Position numbers and translations under genes: made by a program. Source: Proteobacteria bacterium UBA3413 (GTDB taxonomy: Bacteria > Pseudomonadota > Gammaproteobacteria > Magnimaribacterales > D2472). Taken from it: DNA of 64,000 bases. Location of the stretch: positions 36,305 to 100,304 of the forward strand of contig DEOR01000065.1 of NCBI GenBank assembly GCA_002358345.1, written 5' to 3'. The notes beneath the pieces are model-generated. The model had not been told where the DNA came from and did not search any database. It saw nothing but the letters and a program-made list of their open reading frames with translations. Each line of letters begins with the position of its first letter. Positions within the stretch are counted from its first letter, which is position 1. Of the stretch, positions 10,804 through 19,160 are shown piece by piece.

Positions 10804-11947
10804 TAAAGTTGCAGTAATAATACCTGCTGCTGGAAAAGGTGTGAGGTTTGGAGCAGATAAGCCAAAACAGTATAGTGTCCTTGGGGAGCAGACGATATTG
10901 GAGCGCTCTGTAAATATTTTTTTGAATATTCCTGAAGTTTTAAGAGTGATCATTGCAGTTGATCAAGACGATGAGTTCATTCACTCTCAATCCTTTATTG
11001 CCCATCCAAAAATTACAATAGTAAATGGAGGCAGCTCAAGAAGCACCTCAGTTTTTAATGCAGTTAAAATTCTAGAAGCAAGAGATATTCCAGCAGTAGC
11101 TATTCATGATGCTTCCCGCCCTTGGTTGCAGCCTAATCATTTCTTAGACCTTTTGCGTCAATTCCATGCACACAATGAGTGGGATGGTGTGTACCCTGCA
11201 ATTGAAATGATAGATTCGATCAGGGAAAAAAGAAATGATGAATTGGTTCCAGTTAATAGAGAGAATTTTATGCAAATTCAAACCCCTCAAATCTTCAATA
11301 CCAATGCTTTGCAAATCGCTCTAAAAAAAGTTATTGATTCTGGTATGAATCTAACTGACGAAACGCAAGCCATGGAAAATGCAGGTTATAGGGTAAAAGC
11401 CATGCAAGGTGATAGATCTAATCTCAAGGTTACTTATTCTCATGATTTAAATGCAGCAAAAAATATAGATTATAGAATTGGACGAGGTATAGATTTTCAT
11501 AAATTATTGCCAGGCAGTGGTATAACCTTAGGCGGCTTATCGATAGTTTGCGATCTAGCCATTGTTGCTCATTCTGATGGAGATATTGTTCTTCATGCTT
11601 TGGCTGATGCGCTACTTGGTGCCGGTGGCTTAAATGATATCGGTTTTTATTTTCCTGACACTGATAGCCAGAACAAAGGCTTATCAAGCCTAATTATTAT
11701 TAAAAAAGCAATGGGTTTGCTTGCACAAAAAAACCTCCAACCCTCAAATGTAGATTTGGTAATTATTTGTGAGCAACCAAAAATTTCTCCTCATGTTAAT
11801 GCCATGAAGGCTAGGTTAGCTAGCTTGCTCACAATGGAGACAGGTGATATTTCTATCAAAGCAACTACAACAGAAGGCATGGGTATTATTGGGCAGGGAA
11901 ATGGAATTGCTGTTTATGCTATAGCTTCATTAAAAAAATTAATATGA
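10790..11947 (+). CDS. ispDF: bifunctional IspD/IspF (CDP-ME synthase / MEcPP synthase fusion)
   Basis: 385 aa from ATG 10790. The N-terminal half is IspD-like (VAVIIPAAGKGVRFG...). The C-terminal half is IspF-like (RIGRGIDFHKL...VAHSDGDIVLHALADALLGA...). Both lie in one uninterrupted frame. Confidence 0.9.
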   Translation: MHHNSKVAVIIPAAGKGVRFGADKPKQYSVLGEQTILERSVNIFLNIPEVLRVIIAVDQDDEFIHSQSFIAHPKITIVNGGSSRSTSVFNAVKILEARDIPAVAIHDASRPWLQPNHFLDLLRQFHAHNEWDGVYPAIEMIDSIREKRNDELVPVNRENFMQIQTPQIFNTNALQIALKKVIDSGMNLTDETQAMENAGYRVKAMQGDRSNLKVTYSHDLNAAKNIDYRIGRGIDFHKLLPGSGITLGGLSIVCDLAIVAHSDGDIVLHALADALLGAGGLNDIGFYFPDTDSQNKGLSSLIIIKKAMGLLAQKNLQPSNVDLVIICEQPKISPHVNAMKARLASLLTMETGDISIKATTTEGMGIIGQGNGIAVYAIASLKKLI

Positions 11948-12693
11948 ATATCTTGCTAACAAATGATGATGGATATACAGCGGTAGGTATTGAGGAGCTC
12001 TCTAGCGCTTTAGGAGTATCGAATAATATTTTTTTAGTTGCCCCTAAAACAAATTGCAGCGGCATGAGTGCCGCAATTAGCTTACATAAGGAAATTGAAG
12101 TAGAGGAGATTGCAAAAAATACTTATGCAGTCTCAGGCACTCCAGCTGATTGTTCTTACCTCGGATTATTATCGATTATCTCTGAGCCTATTGATATGAT
12201 AGTTTCTGGAATCAATTTAGGGGCAAACCTTGGAGAGGATGTCTTTTATTCTGGAACGGTTGGGGCTGCAATAGCTGGTCGAAGATTAAATTATGTTCCA
12301 GTGGCTTTTTCAGTTGCTGCTTATCAACCAAAACATATTAAATTTATTGCAAAAAAAGCAGCTGAAATTACTCAGCAAGCCACCAATTTACCTGCTGATA
12401 AAAATTTGTTGGTCAATGTAAATTTTCCTGATCTTCCTGCTGCTGCAATCCAAGGGATAAAAATAACCAGCTTGGGAAAACAAGAAATTCCTGACACACC
12501 CCAGTTAATAAAAAAAAATCAGCTCTCAGCTTTTTATAGCTTTGGTCCGTCAGGAACTTTAATGCCGAACCAAACGAACACTGATATCCAAGCAATCAAC
12601 GAGCATTTTATTTCAATTTCAATTCTTGATTATAATTTAACTGCAGTTGCATCTGATTGGGGTCTCTTTGAGGAGGTATTTGTAAATGCATAA
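11944..12693 (+). CDS. surE: 5'/3'-nucleotidase SurE
   Basis: 249 aa with N-terminal MNILLTNDDGY and a GINLGANLG motif. ATGA overlap with ispDF. Confidence 0.92.
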   Translation: MNILLTNDDGYTAVGIEELSSALGVSNNIFLVAPKTNCSGMSAAISLHKEIEVEEIAKNTYAVSGTPADCSYLGLLSIISEPIDMIVSGINLGANLGEDVFYSGTVGAAIAGRRLNYVPVAFSVAAYQPKHIKFIAKKAAEITQQATNLPADKNLLVNVNFPDLPAAAIQGIKITSLGKQEIPDTPQLIKKNQLSAFYSFGPSGTLMPNQTNTDIQAINEHFISISILDYNLTAVASDWGLFEEVFVNA

Positions 12694-13363
12694 TTCTGGA
12701 TTTACATCTGCTAGAGCAAAAGAACAAATGATCCAATTATTACTTGAGATGGGTATTAAAGATTTTCGTGTCTTAGATGCAATGAGCCAGGTTCCTAGGC
12801 ATATTTTTCTAGATGAAGCCTTGTGGAGCAGGGCCTATGAAAATAGAGCTTTAACCATTGGGTACAAACAAACTATTTCTCAGCCCTATATTGTTGCCAA
12901 GATGACAGAGTATTTAATAAGCCACACAGCAAAAAGAGGCAGGGTATTAAATAATGTTCTTGAAATTGGTTCAGGTTGCGGATACCAGTCAGCAGTTCTA
13001 TCTTATTTTGCGAATGAAATTTTTGCAGTAGAGAGAATCAAGCCCCTGGTCATCAAATCTAGAGAAAACCTCAGAGAGCTAAAAATTAGAAATGTAATGG
13101 TCAAACATGCAGATGGTTTTGAGGGCTGGGGAGAAAGTATTAAATTTGATGGGATCATTTGCGCGGCAGCACCAAGACAGTACCCAGAAGAGCTGACGGA
13201 GTTACTTGAGATTGATGGCAAATTAGTTATCCCTGTTGGGCTAGAGGGCCAGCAAAAACTATACGTAGTGACGAAGAAAACTGAAACAGAGCATGAAGAG
13301 ATGATATATGAAGATGTTGCATTTGTTCCCATGCTGCCTGGAACATCAATTGGGAGTATTTAA
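12686..13363 (+). CDS. pcm: protein-L-isoaspartate O-methyltransferase
   Basis: 225 aa with SAM-binding motif VLEIGSGCGYQSAVL. The surE-pcm order is conserved. Confidence 0.92.
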   Translation: MHNSGFTSARAKEQMIQLLLEMGIKDFRVLDAMSQVPRHIFLDEALWSRAYENRALTIGYKQTISQPYIVAKMTEYLISHTAKRGRVLNNVLEIGSGCGYQSAVLSYFANEIFAVERIKPLVIKSRENLRELKIRNVMVKHADGFEGWGESIKFDGIICAAAPRQYPEELTELLEIDGKLVIPVGLEGQQKLYVVTKKTETEHEEMIYEDVAFVPMLPGTSIGSI

Positions 13364-13368
13364 ATATT

Positions 13369-14088
13369 ATGCTGCAAATTAAATATGCTTGTGCTGGATT
13401 TTTAATGGGTATTGCTGAACTTATCCCAGGAATATCTGGCTCAACCATTGCCGTAATATTCAATATTTATAAGAATCTAATGAGTATTTTAACCGAGCTT
13501 AAATGGAGCAATGCATCTTTCAATCTAGGTAAATTAACTAGAGTGTTCCAGTTAAGGTTATTTGCCCCATTAATATTTTCTATGTTTCTTTCAATACTCC
13601 TTTTTTCAAAGGGCATAGATTACTTGCTAACTAATTATGAGCAGCCCTTTTTTTTATTGCTGGGGTGGCTAATGATGCTGCTGTCTATACAGGTTGGAAA
13701 TTTTTTTACAGCTATTATTAGCAAACCTACCTTATTAATTTTTCTGATAGGCGGAGTATTTTTAGGCTTCTTGCTAAGCAACCTAGGAGTGGATTCAGCA
13801 AACGCCCACCCTTTATACCTGTTTATTTCTGGAATTATAGCTTTTGCATTCTTTTTAATTCCTGGAATCTCTGGGAGCGCCATGCTCATCGCTCTAGGCG
13901 TGTATGGAGCAGTGATTAAGGGAATCTCTAATTTTGATTTTGAGACTCTAATTCCATTTGGTGCAGGGTGTTTTACTTCTCTAGTCTTGCTTCCAAGATT
14001 AATTTTAGCAATCTATAAAGCTTATGAAGATCAAATGTTATTAATCTTTTCAGGCCTTATCTTTTGTTCAGGATATTTTTTAATCTAA
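13369..14088 (+). CDS. DUF368 family polytopic membrane protein (PopT-like, candidate polyprenyl-phosphate transporter)
   Basis: 239 aa and highly hydrophobic. The duplicated DUF368 signature is present (LIPGISGSTIAVI and LIPGISGSAMLIA). Confidence 0.75.
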   Translation: MLQIKYACAGFLMGIAELIPGISGSTIAVIFNIYKNLMSILTELKWSNASFNLGKLTRVFQLRLFAPLIFSMFLSILLFSKGIDYLLTNYEQPFFLLLGWLMMLLSIQVGNFFTAIISKPTLLIFLIGGVFLGFLLSNLGVDSANAHPLYLFISGIIAFAFFLIPGISGSAMLIALGVYGAVIKGISNFDFETLIPFGAGCFTSLVLLPRLILAIYKAYEDQMLLIFSGLIFCSGYFLI

Positions 14089-14729
14089 TGAAAGCCTTAA
14101 TTTCTTATCTCACTACTGTTCTTATTATTTCAGGATGCAGCTCCTTAGAGAATTTAAAATTAAATCTTGAAGATCGTATTTTTTATGACCCCAAGGAAAT
14201 ATATATTGTCCAATCTGGAGATTCAATTTGGTCCATTGCTTTAAAAAATAATCTAGATCCACAGCAAATTATAACGAGCAACAATCTATCAAAACCTTAC
14301 GTGATTTTTCCAAATCAAGAACTTTCCCTATTTAAAACCTCTCAAAATTCTATATATGAAGCGCCCCAACAAAACATCACCTGGAATCAACCAATTAAGA
14401 CCTCCCAGAAACCAACCGCCGAGGGCCAGTATTGGTTAATTTACAAGGAAGACCTTGGAGAAAAAATTTATGCAGTTGATAGAGGTAAGGTTGTTGTTGC
14501 AGGGCCAGATATACCTGGGTACGGAAATTTAGTAATGATTTCTCATCCTGATGGCTTTATTAGTCTTTATGCCCACTGTGAAAAAATTTATGTTAGTTCT
14601 GGAGAAATGATTGAATCCGGAATGGAGATTGCTCAATTAGGGAGTTCAGAGGCTTCTTCTCCAATGCTTAGATTTCAATTAAGAAAAAATGGGGCCCCTA
14701 TTAAAACTTCTACAATAACCTTTAGGTAA
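14088..14729 (+). CDS. nlpD: LysM/M23 lipoprotein NlpD
   Basis: 213 aa from ATG 14088, which shares 1 nt with the upstream TAA. Lipobox IISGC. LysM domain (YIVQSGDSIWSIALKNNL) and M23 domain (GYGNLVMISHPDGFISLYAHC). The surE-pcm-nlpD context is conserved. Confidence 0.88.
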   Translation: MKALISYLTTVLIISGCSSLENLKLNLEDRIFYDPKEIYIVQSGDSIWSIALKNNLDPQQIITSNNLSKPYVIFPNQELSLFKTSQNSIYEAPQQNITWNQPIKTSQKPTAEGQYWLIYKEDLGEKIYAVDRGKVVVAGPDIPGYGNLVMISHPDGFISLYAHCEKIYVSSGEMIESGMEIAQLGSSEASSPMLRFQLRKNGAPIKTSTITFR

Positions 14730-14732
14730 ACT

Positions 14733-15056
14733 TTATATTTCTAGCAAGTGAATTTTATCTTTGATCCCTTTGTATTCTTGAGCTTCAGGCAATTCATCTT
14801 TTTCTTCAGTAATATTTGGCCAAATTTCACTATACACGGCATTAATTTCAATAAAAGGAATTTGATCTGGTGGTAGCTCATCTTCTGAAAAAATTGCGTC
14901 AACAGGGCACTCTGGTTCGCATAGTGCACAATCAATGCATTCTTCCGGATGAATTACTAGAAAATTTGGGCCCTCATAAAAACAATCTACAGGACAGACT
15001 TCCACACAGTCCGTATGCTTACATTTAATGCATGCTTCTGTAACTATGAATGCCAT
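14733..15056 (-). CDS. fdxA: 7Fe ferredoxin (3Fe-4S / 4Fe-4S), FdxA type
   Basis: 107 aa. [55 protein letters not shown] shows the Azotobacter-type Cys pattern. Confidence 0.93.
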   Translation of the reverse strand: MAFIVTEACIKCKHTDCVEVCPVDCFYEGPNFLVIHPEECIDCALCEPECPVDAIFSEDELPPDQIPFIEINAVYSEIWPNITEEKDELPEAQEYKGIKDKIHLLEI

Positions 15057-15159
15057 GATAACAAGTTGTAAAATAGGTAAACGAAGATTTTAGCAACGAC
15101 TTAAGCACAAGTCTGCATGAAATTGATAATAATTATTTTATTTTTTAGTTTTTGTAATA

Positions 15160-15179
15160 TACTGTACAAACATACAGTA
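15160..15179 (+). promoter_or_regulatory. LexA (SOS) box upstream of recA
   Basis: TACTGTACAAACATACAGTA is a perfect CTGT-N8-ACAG palindrome. It ends 12 nt before the recA ATG and abuts the AAGGAG Shine-Dalgarno. Confidence 0.85.
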
Positions 15180-15190
15180 AGGAGTAAGAC

Positions 15191-16240
15191 ATGTCAGATA
15201 AAGAGAAAAACGTAAAAGAGACTAAAGAGAAAAACTTAAAAGAGACCCTATCACAAATTGAAAAGCAGTTTGGCAAGGGCACTGTGATGAAAATGGGGGA
15301 CAGAGAAATTGTAGATATGCCTACCATTTCTACGGGATCACTTGGGATTGATATAGCTTTGGGAATAGGCGGCCTACCTAAAGGGAGAGTCATTGAGATT
15401 TTTGGACCAGAGTCATCCGGTAAAACAACTTTAACACTTCAGGTAATTGCAGAGTGTCAAAAAGCTGGAGGCACAGCTGCTTTTATCGATGCTGAGCATG
15501 CGCTAGATCCAAGTTATGCTGCGAAACTTGGGGTTAATGTTGATGAGCTGCTTTTATCTCAACCGGATACAGGAGAGCAAGCCCTCGAGGTTACAGATAT
15601 GCTTGTAAAATCTGGAAGTGTAGACCTCATTGTTATTGATTCAGTTGCAGCGCTTACACCAAGAGCTGAAATTGAAGGAGACATGGGAGACCATCATATG
15701 GGTCTGCAGGCAAGATTGATGTCTCAGGCACTCAGAAAGATCACCGGAAACATACAGCGCTCAAACGCAACAGTTATTTTTATTAACCAAATTAGGATGA
15801 AGATTGGTGTGATGTTCGGAAATCCTGAAACTACAACCGGTGGCAATGCTCTGAAATTTTATGCATCAGTCCGACTAGACATCAGAAGAATTGGTGCGGT
15901 TAAAGAAGGGGAAGAGGTCGTTGGTAATGAAACTCGAGTTAAGGTTGTGAAAAATAAAGTTTCCCCTCCTTTTAAGCAGGCAGAATTTCAAATTATGTAC
16001 GGGCAAGGCATTAATATGGAAGGGGAAATTCTTGAACTAGGTCAAAAACTTGAGTTGATTGAGAAATCAGGCTCATGGTATAGCCATAATGGTGAGAAAA
16101 TAGGTCAGGGAAAAGTTAATGCAAGCAAGTACCTCAAAGAAAATACTGAAATCAGAGATGGCTTAGTTAGCGAGATCAGAAAAGCTTACATACCCTCAAT
16201 CAAGAAAGAGGCTAAGAACAAGAAAGAGGCTAAGGAATAA
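15191..16240 (+). CDS. recA: recombinase RecA
   Basis: 349 aa. Motifs QIEKQFGKG, Walker [10 protein letters not shown] and [38 protein letters not shown] are present. Confidence 0.97.
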   Translation: MSDKEKNVKETKEKNLKETLSQIEKQFGKGTVMKMGDREIVDMPTISTGSLGIDIALGIGGLPKGRVIEIFGPESSGKTTLTLQVIAECQKAGGTAAFIDAEHALDPSYAAKLGVNVDELLLSQPDTGEQALEVTDMLVKSGSVDLIVIDSVAALTPRAEIEGDMGDHHMGLQARLMSQALRKITGNIQRSNATVIFINQIRMKIGVMFGNPETTTGGNALKFYASVRLDIRRIGAVKEGEEVVGNETRVKVVKNKVSPPFKQAEFQIMYGQGINMEGEILELGQKLELIEKSGSWYSHNGEKIGQGKVNASKYLKENTEIRDGLVSEIRKAYIPSIKKEAKNKKEAKE

Positions 16241-16312
16241 ATTTTTTCGATCACTATGATCTTGTATTTAAATTGATTAAGATATTTCCTGGTAAATATA
16301 ACTAAGGGAAAC

Positions 16313-17494
16313 ATGTCAAACAACAATGCATATATAGTTTCAGCAGTCAGAACTGCTGGCGGTAAAAAGAATGGTAGCCTCAGTCAATGGCACCCAGCTG
16401 ATTTGGGAGCGAAAGTCCTAGACGAGCTTGTGTTGCAAACTGGCATTGATCCTGCCCTGATCGATGATGTAATTTTTGGTTGCGTAGATCAAGTGGGTGC
16501 TCAATCCGGTAATGTCGCAAGAAATGCAGTTCTTGCATCAAGTTTACCTGAATCAGTGCCAGGCACTTCTGTTGACAGACAATGCGGATCCTCGCAGCAA
16601 GCCATTCATTTTGCAATCCAAGCTGTTATGTCTGGAACTCAAGATGTTGTAATAGGTGGTGGCGTAGAAATTATGTCCATGGTGCCAATAGGTGCGAGTA
16701 TCAAAGATGGCTATGAAGCAGGGCATGGCCTACCTTTTGACTCAGTAGGCATGAAGGCTAGATATCCAGGAGTTTACTTTTCACAATTCACGGGTGCAGA
16801 AATGATGGCCAAAAAATGGAATTTATCCCGAGAAGATCTAGATAATTTTGCATTCAGTAGCCATCAAAAAGCCATTGCTGCAGTTCATGGGAAGTATTTT
16901 GATAGAGAGATTCTTCCGGTTCAAGCCAAAAATGCTGAAGGTAAAACCGATATGATATTTTTGGATGAAGGTATTCGCTATGATGCTAGCCTAGAGGCTT
17001 TAGCTGGCTTAAAAACTGTTACTGAGGGCGGAGTTATTACCGCTGGAAATGCAAGTCAGATTACCGACGGCGCAGCTGCAGTTATGGTATGTAACGACGC
17101 AGGTCTCAAAAAAATTAAAACTGACCCGCGCGCAAGAATTGTTGCAATAAGCGTTGTGGGTGATGACCCTATCATGATGCTTGGCGCTCCCATTCCAGCG
17201 TCTCATAAAGTCCTAAAAGCAGCTGGTTTAAATATTAACGATATAGATCTTTATGAGATCAATGAGGCTTTTGCTCCGGTTCCCTTGTCTTGGGCAATTG
17301 ACTTAAAAGCTGATAAAGATAAATTAAATGTTAACGGAGGAGCAATGGCGTTGGGCCATCCCTTGGGAGCAACAGGCGCTAAATTAATGACGACACTACT
17401 TCATGAGCTGGAGCGCAGAGATGGAAAATATGGCTTGCAAGCTATCTGTGAAGGTGGCGGTACAGCGAATGCTACAATCATAGAGCGACTTTAA
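16313..17494 (+). CDS. acetyl-CoA C-acyltransferase (thiolase)
   Basis: 393 aa with the active-site Cys region VDRQCGSSQQAI and the C-terminal GLQAICEGGGTANATIIE thiolase signature. Confidence 0.9.
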   Translation: MSNNNAYIVSAVRTAGGKKNGSLSQWHPADLGAKVLDELVLQTGIDPALIDDVIFGCVDQVGAQSGNVARNAVLASSLPESVPGTSVDRQCGSSQQAIHFAIQAVMSGTQDVVIGGGVEIMSMVPIGASIKDGYEAGHGLPFDSVGMKARYPGVYFSQFTGAEMMAKKWNLSREDLDNFAFSSHQKAIAAVHGKYFDREILPVQAKNAEGKTDMIFLDEGIRYDASLEALAGLKTVTEGGVITAGNASQITDGAAAVMVCNDAGLKKIKTDPRARIVAISVVGDDPIMMLGAPIPASHKVLKAAGLNINDIDLYEINEAFAPVPLSWAIDLKADKDKLNVNGGAMALGHPLGATGAKLMTTLLHELERRDGKYGLQAICEGGGTANATIIERL

Positions 17495-17497
17495 GTA

Positions 17498-18775
17498 TTA
17501 TTTTTTAAAGCGATCAAAGATTGTTGAAAGTTCAGCAATCTGACTGACTGTGCTTTTACCATTCCTATGCTTGAGCTCTATTTCACCGTTTTCTAGATAC
17601 TTATTTCCTATAATGATATTTATAGGAATGCCTATCAATTCAGCATCTTTTATTTTGGTGCCATAGCCATCCTTCCTATCATCCACGATGACCTTGTACC
17701 CTATTGATTTAAGTGTTGCACACAGTTCATTGGCTGCATCAGCAATCTTTATCTCTTTTGTATAGCCTATAGCAACAATATTTACTTCAAACGGAGCAAT
17801 AGATTCAGGCCAAATAATACCTTGATCATCATGGTGTTGCTCTATAGCTGCCGCAACGAGTCGAGAGACCCCGATACCATAACAACCCATAAAAAGATCT
17901 ACTGCGCGTCCCTCTTGGCTTTGCACATTAACCTGCATTGCTTCTGTGTACACTTTTCCCAATTGAAATATATGCCCAACTTCAATACCTTTTTTTATCA
18001 CGATTTTACCATTTCCATCCGGGGAAGGCTGACCCTCTAAGGAGTTAATATCTTCACCTTCTTTCAAGAGTAACTCTGTATTGATGGCAAATTCAGAAGC
18101 ATCGCTAATCGCAATAGTGTCTTCACCATTTTCTGCTAAGACATGAAACTCCTCAGATACTTCGCCACCTATCGCCCCAGAGTCTGCTTGAACAATTTTA
18201 TACTCCAATCCAATTCTTTCTAGAATCTTTTTATAAGTATTGCGCATAGTTAGATAAGTATCTTGCAAGGACTCTTCATCTAAATTGAAGCTATAAGCAT
18301 CTTTCATTAAAAATTCTCTGCCCCTCATGACCCCATATCTTGGCCTAATTTCATCTCTAAATTTTGTTTGAATTTGATAAATATTTAGCGGCAGTTCTTT
18401 ATAACTTTTAACATTATTTCGAATTAAATCAGTTATCACCTCTTCATGAGTAGGGCCTAAACAAAATTCTCTATCGTGCCTATCTTTTATTCTTAATAGT
18501 TCTGAACCCATTTTATCCCAGCGTTTAGTTTCCTCCCAAAGCTCTTTGGGTTGCACCATTGGCATTAAAACTTCTTGAGCACCGGATGCATTCATTTCCT
18601 CTCTTACAATATTCTCAATATTCCTAAGGACCATCAAGCCTAAAGGTAGCCAAGTATAAATTCCCGATGCAACCTTTCTAATCATTCCTGCTCGGAGCAT
18701 TAATTGATGGCTGATAACTTCTGCATCTTGAGGTGAATCCTTTAGAGTCGGGATAAAAATTTTAGACCAAAACAT
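17498..18775 (-). CDS. proS: prolyl-tRNA synthetase, bacterial type, lacking the INS editing domain
   Basis: 425 aa. Class II motif 2 (FRDEIRPRYGVMRGREFLMKDAYSF) and motif 3 (GCYGIGVSRLVAAAIEQHHD) are present. Only about 40 aa separate SEEFHVLAENGED from GIEVGHIFQLG, where E. coli ProRS carries an INS of about 180 aa. Confidence 0.92.
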   Translation of the reverse strand: MFWSKIFIPTLKDSPQDAEVISHQLMLRAGMIRKVASGIYTWLPLGLMVLRNIENIVREEMNASGAQEVLMPMVQPKELWEETKRWDKMGSELLRIKDRHDREFCLGPTHEEVITDLIRNNVKSYKELPLNIYQIQTKFRDEIRPRYGVMRGREFLMKDAYSFNLDEESLQDTYLTMRNTYKKILERIGLEYKIVQADSGAIGGEVSEEFHVLAENGEDTIAISDASEFAINTELLLKEGEDINSLEGQPSPDGNGKIVIKKGIEVGHIFQLGKVYTEAMQVNVQSQEGRAVDLFMGCYGIGVSRLVAAAIEQHHDDQGIIWPESIAPFEVNIVAIGYTKEIKIADAANELCATLKSIGYKVIVDDRKDGYGTKIKDAELIGIPINIIIGNKYLENGEIELKHRNGKSTVSQIAELSTIFDRFKK

Positions 18776-18828
18776 TTTTATATTTGAAAATTTATTTAGT
18801 TTATAATTTTATATTTTTTTGGACACTT

Positions 18829-19140
18829 ATGCCGATTTATGATTACAAATGCTCAAATTGTGAGCATCAATTTGAACTAATCCAGAAATTTTCTGCTCAG
18901 CCTGCAGAAATTTGCCCTGAATGCGGTAAAAAATCTATTCACAAATTAGTTTCTGCACCATCTTTTAGGTTAAAAGGCGGAGGCTGGTATGAAACAGATT
19001 TTAAAACCGGAGCTAAAAAGAATATAGTAGACACTAAAGATGGCAAGTCTAACGAAACTAAAGAAACCAAATCTAAGGAACCTAAAGAAACTAAAAAAAC
19101 TACTGACACATCAACTAAGAGCCTAAGTACCGAAAAATAA
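18829..19140 (+). CDS. FmdB-family zinc-ribbon protein (CxxC...CxxC)
   Basis: 103 aa from ATG 18829; the ORF-track TTG extension at 18784 is unlikely. [16 protein letters not shown]...CPECG matches the FmdB/CxxC_CxxC_SSSS ribbon. The tail is K/E/T-rich. Confidence 0.75.
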   Translation: MPIYDYKCSNCEHQFELIQKFSAQPAEICPECGKKSIHKLVSAPSFRLKGGGWYETDFKTGAKKNIVDTKDGKSNETKETKSKEPKETKKTTDTSTKSLSTEK

Positions 19141-19160
19141 ATTTTAAAAGAGAGTTAAAA

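Noticed and set aside
15117-15215. 32-aa hydrophobic ORF ([32 protein letters not shown]) that reads through the LexA box into recA. It is reminiscent of SOS-induced type I toxins such as TisB.
   Set aside because: It begins upstream of the operator and would need its own promoter. It overlaps the recA RBS and start in another frame. The hydrophobic run comes from an AT-rich poly-T/A tract (ATT/TTT codons). It has no RBS.
16241-16312. Small hairpin GATCA-cta-TGATC after recA as a possible terminator.
   Set aside because: The stem is 5 bp with no downstream U-tract, which is too weak to call.
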